NCBI GenBank assembly: GCA_949287425.1
Contig: CASEGJ010000007.1
Coordinates: 17,232-81,231, forward strand
Length of the DNA: 64,000 nucleotides
From: an uncultured Bacillales bacterium
GTDB lineage: Bacteria > Bacillota_I > Bacilli_A > RFN20 > CAG-288
Direction of reading: 5' to 3'
Positions 20,545 to 30,879 of the stretch are shown in pieces (within the stretch, counting starts at the first letter, position 1; each line of letters begins with the position of its first letter). The translations under genes and the position numbers were made by a program. Under the pieces are notes generated by a model, which worked only from the letters and a program-made list of their open reading frames with translations, had not been told where the DNA came from and ran no database searches.

Positions 20545-21399
20545 ATGTCAATAATTAACAATATAAACTGGTTTCCAGGCCATATGAAGAAAGCTTTTGA
20601 TCAAATTAAACAAGTTTTACCAAGTATAGATTTAGTCGTTGAAATTGGAGATGGTCGCGCCCCTAAATCTTCATTAAATCCTTATTTAGATAAATTAGTT
20701 GAAAATAAAAATAAGCTAGTTGTTTTTTCTAAAAAGGATCTTAGTGATCTTGCTAAGTTGGAAAAATTTATTTTAGAGTACAAAAAAAGAAATATTCCTG
20801 CGATATATATGGATTTTAAATCTAAACAAGATATTAAAAATCTAGTTCAAGTTATGGAAGCTACTAAAACTAAAAAAGAAAATAAATATCTTAAATACGG
20901 TTTAGTTCCTCCAGCTAAAAGATGCTTAATTATTGGAATTCCAAATGTCGGTAAATCGACTTTAATTAATTCTATTGCTAATAGAAAGGCTACTAGCGTT
21001 GCTAATAAGCCAGGACATACTAAATCCCAGCAGTTAATTAAAGTTTCTTCTAAATTAGAATTAGTCGATACTCCAGGAATTTTACCACCTAATTACGATG
21101 ATAAATTAGCTAGTTTACATTTAGCTTGGATAGGCTCAATTAAAGATGAAGCGATTGATATCGAACAGATATATACTAGCTTAGATCAATTTGTCATTGA
21201 AAATTATCCTAATTATGTTTATCAAAGATATAACATAGATAGATCTATTCAATTAACTAAAGAGAATTTTTATTTAGAAATCGCTAAAGCTCGTAATTTT
21301 ATTTTAAAAGACAATCAATTAGATATTAATAGAGCAAAAGTTACATTTTTAAATGAATTTAGATTAGGTGTTTTAGGAAAGGTTGTTGTTGATGACTAA
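20545..21399 (+). CDS. rbgA: Ribosome biogenesis GTPase A (YlqF/RbgA)
   Basis: NWFPGHMKKA. Circularly permuted GTPase motifs FSKKDL, GIPNVGKST, DTPGIL. ATG 20545 follows GAGGGG. Confidence 0.9.
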   Translation: MSIINNINWFPGHMKKAFDQIKQVLPSIDLVVEIGDGRAPKSSLNPYLDKLVENKNKLVVFSKKDLSDLAKLEKFILEYKKRNIPAIYMDFKSKQDIKNLVQVMEATKTKKENKYLKYGLVPPAKRCLIIGIPNVGKSTLINSIANRKATSVANKPGHTKSQQLIKVSSKLELVDTPGILPPNYDDKLASLHLAWIGSIKDEAIDIEQIYTSLDQFVIENYPNYVYQRYNIDRSIQLTKENFYLEIAKARNFILKDNQLDINRAKVTFLNEFRLGVLGKVVVDD

Positions 21400-22030
21400 A
21401 TTAAAAGAATATGATTTAAGCTATTCTAAATTAAATGCACAAATAGTAGTCGCGGGTTTTGATGAAGCCGGAAGAGGTCCATTATGTGGGCCAGTTGTTT
21501 GTGCAGGAGTAGTTTTAAAAAGAGAATTTGATTCTATTGATATTAACGATTCTAAAAAGCTCACTGATAAACAAAGAAGGAAGGCTTATCAAGAAATTAT
21601 CGATAATTCTATTTTTTACGATATAGAAATTATTTCTAATAAGATAATTGATAAGATAAACATCTTAGAAGCTTCAAGACTAGGTATGCAGTTAGCTTTA
21701 GATAAGATGATGCAAGCTAATATCAAAGTCGATATTTTACTTACAGATTATATGAAGCTTAAAAACACATATGGGCTTAGTTTATATCCTTTAAAAAAAG
21801 GTGATGCTACTAGTTTAAATATCGCGGCAAGCTCAATTTTAGCTAAAGTAACTAGAGATGATATCATGCTTGAATTAGATAAAAAATATCCTCAATATGA
21901 GCTTTCTCAAAATAAAGGGTATCCAACTAAAAGGCATCTTGAACTACTTGAAAAATACGGTGTTATTGAAGATATATATAGACTAACATATAAACCAGTT
22001 AGAGAAATTTTAGAACCGAAATTATTTTAA
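21392..22030 (+). CDS. rnhB: Ribonuclease HII
   Basis: GFDEAGRGPLCGPVV active-site motif. ATG 21392 overlaps the rbgA stop. Confidence 0.9.
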   Translation: MTKLKEYDLSYSKLNAQIVVAGFDEAGRGPLCGPVVCAGVVLKREFDSIDINDSKKLTDKQRRKAYQEIIDNSIFYDIEIISNKIIDKINILEASRLGMQLALDKMMQANIKVDILLTDYMKLKNTYGLSLYPLKKGDATSLNIAASSILAKVTRDDIMLELDKKYPQYELSQNKGYPTKRHLELLEKYGVIEDIYRLTYKPVREILEPKLF

Positions 22031-22078
22031 TTATAAAACTTGATTGAATCTTAGCTATATCTAATTGAAGGAGATAGT

Positions 22079-22879
22079 ATGATTTTACAATCAAGACAGG
22101 TTTTATTTTATTTTAGCAACAAATATAACGGAGATTTTAAATTAGCCTTTGAAGCTATTAAGGCTAAGGAAAAATTAGATGAAAGTTTACTTAGTTATTA
22201 CTTAAGTCTTAACAAGGCAAACTTTGTAACTTTATTAGACGAAAATTATCCTGAATGCTTTAAAAATATATATAATCCACCTTTAGTAATTTACTATTAT
22301 GGAGATATTAATTTAATAGGCAAGTTACCTATTTTAGGTGTAGTTGGTTCAAGAAAGATTACTAGTTATGGTCAAAAATCTCTCGATATGCTTTTTAATA
22401 ACTTAGATGCTAGTAAAGAATTTGCTTTAGCTTCTGGTATGGCATATGGAGTTGATTCTTATTCTCAATATTTAGCCATTCAAAATAACATTAAAGTAAT
22501 TTCGGTTTTAGGTAGTGGAATAGAACAAATATATCCACTAGCGAGCAAAAAGATATATAACTATTGTAAAGATCCAAATAGCGGTTTAGTTATTTCAAAA
22601 TATCCAAATAACGTTTTGCCATTAAAAGATCATTTTCCAAGAAGAAATTCCATTTTAGCAAGCATAATAACTTCTTTATTAGTAGTAGAAGGAGAAATTC
22701 AATCTGGCACTTCTATTACAGTTAAAGATGTTTTAAATCTAGGTAAGGATATATTATGTATTCCAAATAGAATAGATTCAAAATATAAATTGACAAATCG
22801 CTTGATAAAAGATGGTGGAGAAATTTGTCTTTCGATTGACGATATCTATCAATCTTTATTTAGATATGGAAAAAAATAA
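22079..22879 (+). CDS. dprA: DNA processing protein DprA/Smf
   Basis: GVVGSRKITSYG, GMAYGVDS and FPRRNSILA motifs. 266 aa (short form). Confidence 0.8.
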   Translation: MILQSRQVLFYFSNKYNGDFKLAFEAIKAKEKLDESLLSYYLSLNKANFVTLLDENYPECFKNIYNPPLVIYYYGDINLIGKLPILGVVGSRKITSYGQKSLDMLFNNLDASKEFALASGMAYGVDSYSQYLAIQNNIKVISVLGSGIEQIYPLASKKIYNYCKDPNSGLVISKYPNNVLPLKDHFPRRNSILASIITSLLVVEGEIQSGTSITVKDVLNLGKDILCIPNRIDSKYKLTNRLIKDGGEICLSIDDIYQSLFRYGKK

Positions 22880-22946
22880 AATTTTCTTAAATATATAAAT
22901 ATATATTTAAAGGAAAAGAAGATAGAAAAAATTTAAAAATACCCCC

Positions 22947-22975
22947 TTGACAAAAATTCATCAAGTTTGCATAAT
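22947..22975 (+). promoter_or_regulatory. Putative sigma-A promoter of topA
   Basis: Consensus TTGACA (22947-22952), 17-nt spacer ending in TG, CATAAT (22970-22975), 34 nt upstream of the topA ATG. Confidence 0.55.
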
Positions 22976-23009
22976 CGGTAAGAAATATTTGATAGGAGAG
23001 CATATATAG

Positions 23010-25214
23010 ATGAAATTAGTAATTGTAGAATCCCCTAATAAGACTCATACTATTTCTCAATTTTTAGGAAAAGACTATTTAGTTTTAGCTAGTGTTGGAC
23101 ATGTTAGAGATTTAGCTACTAGTGGAAAAAATGGATTTGGTGTTGATGTCGATAACAATTTTACTCCGACTTATAAAATAATTCCTGGAAAGCAGAAAAT
23201 TATCAAGCAATTAAAAGATGCGGTAAGTAAAGCGAGTGAAGTTTATTTAGCTACTGACCCTGATAGAGAAGGAGAAGCTATCGCTTGGCATTTGGCTAGT
23301 GTTTTAGGCTTGGATATTTCTTCAGTAAAAAGACTTACTTTTAATGCGATTACTAAACATGAAGTCTTATTAGCTATGTCTAAACCTAGTCATATTGATA
23401 TGGATTTAGTCGCCAGTCAAGAAACTAGAAGAATAATAGATAGAATTATCGGCTTTGATTTATCCGAATTGATGAAATCAAAAATTAAAACAAGATCAGC
23501 TGGTAGAGTTCAATCAGTCACTTTGAGAATGATAGTTGAACATCAAAAAGAAATCGATAGTTTTATTAGTAAAAACTACTATGATGTTAAAGGATTATTC
23601 GGTTCTAATTTATTTGAAGCTAGCTTATATTCTAAAGATGGCAATATCTTTAAACCTTATTCGATCGATTCAAAAGAAAAGCTTGAAGAAATCAAAGCTA
23701 ATTTAGGTAAAGAATTTAAAGTAGAACCATTAATTGAAACTCAAAAAGTCACTAAACCAAAATTGCCATTTACCACTTCAAGTTTACAACAAGAAGCTTT
23801 TTCGAGATTCAATTATTCGGCTAAATTAACTTCTTCACTAGCTCAAAGATTATTTGAAGGTGTGGAAATTAACGGTGAATTTAAAGCTTTAATTACTTAT
23901 ATTAGAACAGATTCAACAAGGTTAGCTAACGATTTCCTCGAAGTCGCTAATCAATATATTTTAAGTAAATATGGTCCTAGTGCTTTAGCTAGTTCACCAT
24001 TAAAAACAAAGAAAACTAGCGAATTAGTTCAAGATGCACATGAAGCTATTAGACCAATTGATTTAAATTTCACTCCTAGTATGGCTAAAGAATATCTTTC
24101 AAATAGCCTTTATAATTTATATAGATTAATTTATGCTAGAACTTTAGCTAGTTTAATGCAGCCTAAAATAGATTTAGTTACTAGTGTTAGATTATCTTCT
24201 AACGGTTATGTTTTTAAATCAGAAGCTAGTAAAAATATCGAATTAGGTTTTATGCAAGCTTATAAAGATAACGGCTTTGCTTCTGAAAAAAGCAACACTA
24301 AAAAACTTCCAGATGAAATTGTCGAATTAGCTAAAACTAATGGAACAATCAGTTTAGAAAAGCTCAACTATGAAGAAAAATCAACTCAACCACCTTCAAA
24401 ATATAACGATGGTAGCGTAGTTAGATTGATGGAAGAAAAAGGTATAGGCCGTCCTTCAACTTATGCATCAACTATTTCTACATTAGAGCAAAGAGACTAT
24501 ATCGAATCAGAGAAAAATATTTTAACTCCAACTGAATCTGGTAAATTAGTTGTAGAAAATCTCGTAAAATATTTCCCAAATCTCATGGATTATTCATATA
24601 CAAGAGATATGGAAGCTAAACTTGAACAAGTAAAAGAAGGTGGAACTAGCAAGGTAGATCTCCTTTCGGATTTTTATTCTAGTTTTACAAAAGAGTTAGC
24701 TTTTGCTAAGGAAAATATGGAAAAAATACCAGATGTTCCTACTGGAGAAAATTGCCCAGTCTGCGGCTCACCTTTAGTCTATAAGAAATCTAAATATGGT
24801 CAATTTGTCGCTTGTAGCAATTATCCTAAATGTAAATACGTTCAAAAAGAGGAGAAAGTTGTTGAAGAAGTTCCTAATAGAACATGTCCAAATTGCGGAA
24901 GTAAATTAGTCTATAGAACTTCTAAAAAAGGACAAAAATTCATCGGGTGTTCTAATTTTCCAAAATGCCGTTATATTGAAAGTTTAGAAACTAATTCTAA
25001 TAGTGAAGCATCTAATCAAAATATACAGGATTCACAAAACCTTGAAAATTTCGATACTTCTTTAGAAAATACCACTTGTCCAAGATGTAAAAAAGGACAC
25101 TTAGTTATTAAAAAAGGAAGATATGGTTCATTTTACGCCTGCTCTAATTTCCCAAGATGTAGATATACTCAAAAACTAGAAACAAAAGATAGTAAAAAAG
25201 ATGAAAACAATTAA
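23010..25214 (+). CDS. topA: DNA topoisomerase I
   Basis: Toprim LVIVESPNK and DPDREGEAIAWH. Catalytic Tyr region ITYIRTDSTR. Three C-terminal C4 zinc ribbons (CPVCGS..CSNYPKC, CPNCGS..CSNFPKC, CPRCKK..CSNFPRC). Confidence 0.95.
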   Translation: MKLVIVESPNKTHTISQFLGKDYLVLASVGHVRDLATSGKNGFGVDVDNNFTPTYKIIPGKQKIIKQLKDAVSKASEVYLATDPDREGEAIAWHLASVLGLDISSVKRLTFNAITKHEVLLAMSKPSHIDMDLVASQETRRIIDRIIGFDLSELMKSKIKTRSAGRVQSVTLRMIVEHQKEIDSFISKNYYDVKGLFGSNLFEASLYSKDGNIFKPYSIDSKEKLEEIKANLGKEFKVEPLIETQKVTKPKLPFTTSSLQQEAFSRFNYSAKLTSSLAQRLFEGVEINGEFKALITYIRTDSTRLANDFLEVANQYILSKYGPSALASSPLKTKKTSELVQDAHEAIRPIDLNFTPSMAKEYLSNSLYNLYRLIYARTLASLMQPKIDLVTSVRLSSNGYVFKSEASKNIELGFMQAYKDNGFASEKSNTKKLPDEIVELAKTNGTISLEKLNYEEKSTQPPSKYNDGSVVRLMEEKGIGRPSTYASTISTLEQRDYIESEKNILTPTESGKLVVENLVKYFPNLMDYSYTRDMEAKLEQVKEGGTSKVDLLSDFYSSFTKELAFAKENMEKIPDVPTGENCPVCGSPLVYKKSKYGQFVACSNYPKCKYVQKEEKVVEEVPNRTCPNCGSKLVYRTSKKGQKFIGCSNFPKCRYIESLETNSNSEASNQNIQDSQNLENFDTSLENTTCPRCKKGHLVIKKGRYGSFYACSNFPRCRYTQKLETKDSKKDENN

Positions 25215-26475
25215 TGTTATTGGCGCTGGTTTAGCTGGAACTAGCGCTAGTTATTTTTTAGCTAACAGAGGATATAAAGTAAAATTATACGATTTAAAAC
25301 CCGATTTAATCGGTCCGTTTCATTCGACAAAATTTGGTGAGTTAGTCTGTTCTAATTCTTTAAAAAGCCAAGAAAAAGATAACGCTTGTGGTTTGTTAAA
25401 AGCAGAAATTAAGCTGTTAGATAGTTTATTTATGCAAGCTGCTGAAGTTAGTAAAATTCCTTCAGGAAGTGATTTAGCAGTCGATAGAGAAATATTTTCA
25501 AATTATATTGATAGTAAAATTAGATCTCATCCAAATATTGAAATTATTTCTCAAAAGGTCACTTGTTTGGATTTATCTAAAGTAAATATCGTTTGTGTTG
25601 GACCAATATACAATAAAGAATTTTTAGATTATATAGGTCAATTAACTTCTATAGATTCTTTATCTTTTTACGATGCTGCTGCCCCTTTAGTTTATTTTGA
25701 CTCTTTAGATATTTCTAAAATGTATTATAAATCTCGTTTTGATAAAGGCGAAGGTAAATATTTAAATATTCCTTTAACTAAAGAAGAATATTTAAATTTC
25801 ACTGCTGAATTAGTAAAAGCTGAAAGGGTAATAAGTCACGACGACATTCATTTTGAAGCTTGTTTACCTATAGAAGTTATCGCTTCAAGAGGAGAAAATA
25901 CTTTAAGATGCGGTCCTTTACAAGCTAAAGGATTAAAAACAGATACAATTGATCCATATGCGGTAGTTCAATTTAGAAAAGATGATGTTGCTGGCAATTT
26001 ATATGGTTTAGTAGGCTTTCAAACTAATTTAACATACAAAGAACAAAAAAGAGTTTTTAGCTTGCTTCCTGGTATGGAAAATGCTAAATATGCTCGCTTT
26101 GGATTAATGCATCAAAATTCGTATTTAAATTCTCCTTTATGTCTAAATAGAGATTTGAGTTTAAAAAAATATCCTAACGTATTTATCGGTGGTCAATTTT
26201 CTGGAGTAGAAGGTTATGTTGAATCAGCTGCTAGTGGATTATTAGCGGGAATTTATGCATATTTAAGAATGGAAAATAAGCCGATAGAATATATTCCAAT
26301 AAATACTATGTTAGGCTCATTAGTAAATTATTTAGTAATGTCATCACCTAAGCATTTTGCTCCTATTAATGCTTGTTATGGCATTTTACAAAATCCAAAT
26401 AGGAAAAATAAAATGCAGGCTTATGAAGAATCATTAGCTTCCTTATTATCTTGGAAAGATAAATTAGCTATATAA
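25201..26475 (+). CDS. trmFO: Methylenetetrahydrofolate--tRNA-(uracil54-C5)-methyltransferase TrmFO (Gid)
   Basis: FAD-binding VIGAGLAGTSAS. 424 aa. Conserved position after topA as in Bacillus. Overlaps the topA end by 14 nt. Confidence 0.85.
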   Translation: MKTINVIGAGLAGTSASYFLANRGYKVKLYDLKPDLIGPFHSTKFGELVCSNSLKSQEKDNACGLLKAEIKLLDSLFMQAAEVSKIPSGSDLAVDREIFSNYIDSKIRSHPNIEIISQKVTCLDLSKVNIVCVGPIYNKEFLDYIGQLTSIDSLSFYDAAAPLVYFDSLDISKMYYKSRFDKGEGKYLNIPLTKEEYLNFTAELVKAERVISHDDIHFEACLPIEVIASRGENTLRCGPLQAKGLKTDTIDPYAVVQFRKDDVAGNLYGLVGFQTNLTYKEQKRVFSLLPGMENAKYARFGLMHQNSYLNSPLCLNRDLSLKKYPNVFIGGQFSGVEGYVESAASGLLAGIYAYLRMENKPIEYIPINTMLGSLVNYLVMSSPKHFAPINACYGILQNPNRKNKMQAYEESLASLLSWKDKLAI

Positions 26476-26482
26476 TATAGTT

Positions 26483-27430
26483 GTGAAAAGAGAAGAATTA
26501 TCGCCTAAAGTATATTCCCAAGAGTTGAAAGATTTTGTTTTATATTTAGAAAAGCAAAGAAATTTTTCAAGTTTAACTTGTAAAGCGTATCAAGAGGATA
26601 TCGCTTTCTTTTTAGGCTTTGTAAAAGTAAATAAAGTGTTTTTTGATAAAGTAGATGAATCGATAATTAGAGGATATTTATTAGAATTAACTAACTGTGG
26701 ATTTACTAAGACTTCCATTAAGCAAAATTTAGCTGCTTTAAAACATTTTTACAAATATCTATATACTATTAATCGAATTCAAAAGGATCCTTTTGAATTT
26801 ATATCTTCTCCTAAAATTGATCAGCGTTTGCCAGATTTTTTAGAAAAAGATGAAATAGATCAGTTATTTAAAGCTAATAAAGAAAGAAAAGATGAATTAG
26901 CCATTAGAGATCAAGCAATTTTAGAATTGCTATATAATTCTGGTTTAAGAGCTAGTGAACTTGTTAATTTAACCTTACAAAACGTCAATTTAAAACAAAG
27001 AGTACTAAGAATCTTTGGTAAGGGTAGAAAAGAAAGAATGGTTCCATTTACTTTAGAAGCTAAAAATAGTTTAGAAATATATTTAAATCAATTAAGGCCA
27101 AAATTGCTTTTAAAATGCCCATTAAATCAAATGTCAACTTACGTTTTCTTAAATAATAATGGAAATAAGTTAACTTCAAGAGGCTTAGAATATATCATGG
27201 GTGAAATTGAAAAGAAATCCGGGTGTTATATGAAATTACATCCACATAAGTTAAGACATTCATTTGCAACTAGATTACTTTCTCAAGGGGCTGATTTAAG
27301 AGTTATTCAAGAACTTATGGGACATGAATCAATAGGGACAACTCAAATATATACTCACGTTACATATTCACAAATGAAAGATGTTTATGATAAGGCTTTT
27401 CCTCGAGCAAAAATAAAGAAGGAAGAATAG
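26483..27430 (+). CDS. xerC: Tyrosine recombinase XerC/CodV-like
   Basis: Catalytic region HPHKLRHSFATRLL...LMGHESIGTTQIYTHV. N-terminal SAM-like core-binding domain. topA-trmFO-xerC order matches Firmicutes housekeeping synteny. Confidence 0.8.
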   Translation: MKREELSPKVYSQELKDFVLYLEKQRNFSSLTCKAYQEDIAFFLGFVKVNKVFFDKVDESIIRGYLLELTNCGFTKTSIKQNLAALKHFYKYLYTINRIQKDPFEFISSPKIDQRLPDFLEKDEIDQLFKANKERKDELAIRDQAILELLYNSGLRASELVNLTLQNVNLKQRVLRIFGKGRKERMVPFTLEAKNSLEIYLNQLRPKLLLKCPLNQMSTYVFLNNNGNKLTSRGLEYIMGEIEKKSGCYMKLHPHKLRHSFATRLLSQGADLRVIQELMGHESIGTTQIYTHVTYSQMKDVYDKAFPRAKIKKEE

Positions 27431-27473
27431 CTTTCTTGCTTTTAAAAAATTAATGTGTTTTAATAAATGCGCT

Positions 27474-27550
27474 GGCCTATTGGAGAAGTGGCTTAACTCA
27501 GTGCCCTCTCAAGGCACCATTCATGGGTTCGAATCCCGTATAGGTCACCA
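27474..27550 (+). tRNA. tRNA-Glu (anticodon CUC), CCA encoded
   Basis: Manual cloverleaf. Acceptor GGCCTAT/ATAGGTC (one G-T pair). Anticodon stem GTGCC/GGCAC with loop CT-CTC-AA. T-arm ATGGG-TTCGAAT-CCCGT. Backbone closely resembles Bacillus tRNA-Glu as recalled from memory. Confidence 0.8.
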
Positions 27551-27564
27551 AAATCTGTTTGTCT

Positions 27565-27590
27565 CCGGTGTATAAATTACATCGGTTTTT
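27565..27590 (+). terminator. Rho-independent terminator after tRNA-Glu
   Basis: CCGGTGTA-taaat-TACATCGG (one G-U pair) followed by TTTTT. Confidence 0.6.
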
Positions 27591-27905
27591 ATTTGAAATA
27601 GTAGCAAACATCATTTAAATGAAAATGAGTAAACTTTAAAATTTCTTGTAATTTTGCGTGTAAATGTAGAATTTATTTTTAAAGAACAACCAATTTAATC
27701 TACTTAAATTTGATTAATTAAAAAATTGATTTTTAACATCTTTCTACTACGTAATAAAAAAGTTAAAATCAATATCAATTATCTGATTGTCATATGATTA
27801 TTTTGTTAAAGATGGAGCAGTGACTAATATATTTAGATTTGTATGCTTTAATTTACTCTTTTGATGTTTCGCTAAAGCTCAGTTTATGGATCAAAAGATT
27901 TAAAA

Positions 27906-28550
27906 TTGAAAATCTTAGGAGTTTTTAAAATGATATTACGTAGTTATGCTCGTAATATTTCAACTGAAGCGCCAAATTCTACAATTATTGAAGATGTTAA
28001 GTTTAGCAATTTACGCACCATGGATACTAAGACATTTGATGAGTATATGGATGTCTTAAAGGATTTATACATAATAGAAAATATTTCAGCATGGAATCCA
28101 AATATACGTTCTAAAACGTCAATAAGGACTTCAGAGACAAGGCATTTTGTCGATACATCTATTGCTTGTAGAGAGCTTAATATTTCGCTAAAGGATTTAA
28201 TGGGTGATTTAAATTCATTCGGGTTGTTTTTTGAAGATTTTGCCAATAGAGATTTATCGATATATGCTTCAACTCTCAATGGGGAAATTCGTCATTACTG
28301 AGATAATGCAGGGCTTGAATGCGACGCTGTGATACATTTACCAAATAAAGCTTGGGTAGCGATAGAGATAAAACTTGGTGGTGAACAACTTGTTGAAGAG
28401 GGAGCATGGTCGCTAAATAGGCTTAAGAATAAATTTGTAGAAAAAGCAGGGAAAAAGCCCATTCTTTTATGATGGTTCTAACTGCATTCGGACCATTATA
28501 TAGACGTCCAGATGGTATTATGTTGTTCCTATAAACTGCCTAAAACCATA
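27906..28550 (+). pseudogene. Decayed C-terminal two-thirds of a second-type DUF4143 AAA ATPase
   Basis: ILRSYARNISTEAPNSTI...RHFVDTSIACREL...GLFFEDFANRDL is DUF4143-like. There is an in-frame TGA at 28299-28301 (HY*DNAGLECDAVIH). At least two further frameshifts follow 28440 (MMVLTAFGPLYRRPDG.. / VVPINCLKP). No N-terminal P-loop is attached. Confidence 0.7.
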
Positions 28551-28829
28551 ATCTACGACATTTTTTAAAATGAAAAGGAATAAACATTTTAAATTTTTAC
28601 TAATTTTAATGTGAAAATGAACAATTCATCTTTAAAGAATATTTAATTACATTAATTCAATAACAGGACAATTTTTCGCTAAAATGATATATAAGTTAAA
28701 AATCATTTTTATTTTGTAAATTATGTTGAATATTCATTAATAAGGAAATGCGACGACAACAATTCTAGTAAAAATCGGAGTTGAATTCCAAATAATACTA
28801 AAATTTAATAAAGCTATGAGGTAGATACG

Positions 28830-29235
28830 ATGATAAAAAGAACAATATTTAAAGAAATAGAAAAATCAGTTAAAAGTAGACCTATTACATTAATTACAGG
28901 AGCAAGGCAGATAGGAAAGTCAACAATTGCTTCACTTTTTATAAAAAAAAGGATTTTCATATATCTCTTTGGATAATAGCAGAAATAGAGAACTTGCACA
29001 AAGAGATCCTTATTTATTTTTGGAATTAAATAAGTGGCCTTTGATTATTGACGAGGTTCAAAAAGCTCCCGAACTTTTTGTGCAATCGAAGCAAAGGTGA
29101 ATGAAAAAAACTAAAAAATATAAATAATTATGGAATGTATATTTTAACTAGCTCGCAAATGTTTAGACTCATGAAAAATGTTTCGGAATCAATGGCTGGA
29201 AGAGTTTCTATAATTCATATGTTGCCGTTATTGAA
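28830..29235 (+). pseudogene. Decayed N-terminal fragment of a DUF4143/AAA_14-type ATPase
   Basis: MIKRTIFKEIEKSVKSRPITLITGARQIGKST (Walker A) is frameshifted at the A8 run about 28943-28950. It continues as GFSYISLDNSRNRELAQRDPYLFLELNKWPLIIDEVQKAPELF, with more shifts before GMYILTSSQMFRLMKNVSESMAGRVSIIHMLPL. It lies downstream of the C-terminal fragment, so the order is scrambled. Confidence 0.7.
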
Positions 29236-29430
29236 TATTCATTTTATGATAAGTAATTTTATTACTTATAGATTATCGCATTTTATTAATAGCATGACAC
29301 ATTATGTACAGAAATTTTCTAAAATTTTTGTAGTTAATTAAAAAAGTAACTTCAAAAAATAAGGTTAACACGTCTTTTAATTAATCCTAAATATCTAGTG
29401 TTAAATCCTAGAGACAGATATAATGCCAAA

Positions 29431-29549
29431 AATACAATTGACTGAAAATGTAAAAACTTGTAAAAATGGTCAATACGATTGCTTTTATAAATATAATTTG
29501 AGATAATACAATTGACCAAGAATGTAAAAACTTGTAAAAATGGTCAATA
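29431..29549. repeat. Two tandem 45-bp dyad-ended elements immediately upstream of the intact DUF4143 ATPase gene
   Basis: Copy 1 is 29431-29475 (AATACAATTGACTGAAAATGTAAAAACTTGTAAAAATGGTCAATA). Copy 2 is 29505-29549 and differs at 3 nt. The ends are inverted (ATTGAC...GTCAAT). Copy 2 ends 8 nt before ATG 29558. Confidence 0.8.
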
Positions 29550-29557
29550 GATGAACT

Positions 29558-30811
29558 ATGGAAATTAAAAGAAATTTATATTTAAACAAGATTATTCGAA
29601 AAATTAATAATTCAATGATAAAGGTTATCACCGGAATTAGAAGATGTGGTAAATCTTATCTATTAAATAAGCTTTTTTATAATTACTTGATTCAAAACGG
29701 AATTAGTAAGGATCATATTATTTCAATAGCATTAGATAACTTACAAAGTCTTGAATTACATGATCCATATAAACTTGATAAATACATTAGAGAAAAAATT
29801 ATTGATGATGATATGTATTTCATCTTTTTAGATGAGATTCAAGAAGTGGACAAATTTGTTTATTTATTAAATGGTCTTATGCAAATTCAAAATGCTGATA
29901 TTTACATAACAGGTTCTAATTCAAAGTTCTTATCAAAAGATGTTATTACAGAATTTAGAGGAAGAGGTGACCAAATTCATGTCAATCCGCTTTCATTTAA
30001 AGAATTTTATGAAACATATGGCAAAGATTTTGATGATTCTTTAAACGAATATATGATTTATGGCGGAATGCCTATGATTTTAAATTTTGATAACGATGAA
30101 GAGAAGAATGAATACCTTATAAATCTTTACAAGGAAATATATTTAAAAGATATTAAAGAAAGATATGGAATTAGAAATGATGCAGAACTAGGAGAACTTT
30201 TAAATATTATTTCTTCTTCTATTGGATCACTTACTAATGCTACAAAACTTTCTAACACTTTTAAAAGTGTTAAAAATGTTGATATATCTAAAAATACAAT
30301 TGCCTCATACTTAGAAATTTTTGAGGAATCATTTTTGGTTCAATCATCTAATAGATACGACATAAAAGGAAAAAAATACATTGATAGTCCTAGAAAATAC
30401 TATTTCACTGACTTAGGTTTAAGAAATGCTAGACTTAATTTTAGGCAAATTGAAGAAAATCATTTGATGGAAAATTTAATCTATAATGAATTGAAAATTA
30501 GAGGTTTTTCTGTAGATGTTGGAGTTGTTTCTATTAATGAGAAAAATATTAATGGAAATTATGTTAGGAAACAAAATGAAGTTGATTTTGTTGTTAATAG
30601 TGGAAGCAATAGATATTATATTCAATCAGCATACTCACTTCCGACTTTAGAGAAAGAAAATCAAGAAATAAAATCTTTAATTAATATTCCTGATTCATTT
30701 AAAAAAATTGTTATTGTTAGAGATAATATTAAACTTAAAAGGGATGATAATGGAATTGTTACCATGAGTTTAAAGGAATTTCTTCTTGATGAGGATACAT
30801 TGAATAGTTAG
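29558..30811 (+). CDS. DUF4143-type AAA ATPase (intact copy)
   Basis: 417 aa. P-loop ITGIRRCGKSYLL, Walker B IFLDEIQ, C-terminal DUF4143-like region. Paralog of 7327..8620. Confidence 0.75.
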   Translation: MEIKRNLYLNKIIRKINNSMIKVITGIRRCGKSYLLNKLFYNYLIQNGISKDHIISIALDNLQSLELHDPYKLDKYIREKIIDDDMYFIFLDEIQEVDKFVYLLNGLMQIQNADIYITGSNSKFLSKDVITEFRGRGDQIHVNPLSFKEFYETYGKDFDDSLNEYMIYGGMPMILNFDNDEEKNEYLINLYKEIYLKDIKERYGIRNDAELGELLNIISSSIGSLTNATKLSNTFKSVKNVDISKNTIASYLEIFEESFLVQSSNRYDIKGKKYIDSPRKYYFTDLGLRNARLNFRQIEENHLMENLIYNELKIRGFSVDVGVVSINEKNINGNYVRKQNEVDFVVNSGSNRYYIQSAYSLPTLEKENQEIKSLINIPDSFKKIVIVRDNIKLKRDDNGIVTMSLKEFLLDEDTLNS

Positions 30812-30879
30812 TATTAAAAATTGATGGAATAAGTATTCCACGAAACAAAGAATTTAAGAAAATTTTGTCTGATTTAAGT

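Noticed and set aside
26483-27430. The tyrosine recombinase as the integrase of the adjacent island
   Set aside because: It sits in the conserved housekeeping order topA-trmFO-xerC (as B. subtilis topA-gid-codV). It is on the chromosomal side of the tRNA and has Xer-type size and motifs, so it is most likely the chromosome dimer resolvase.
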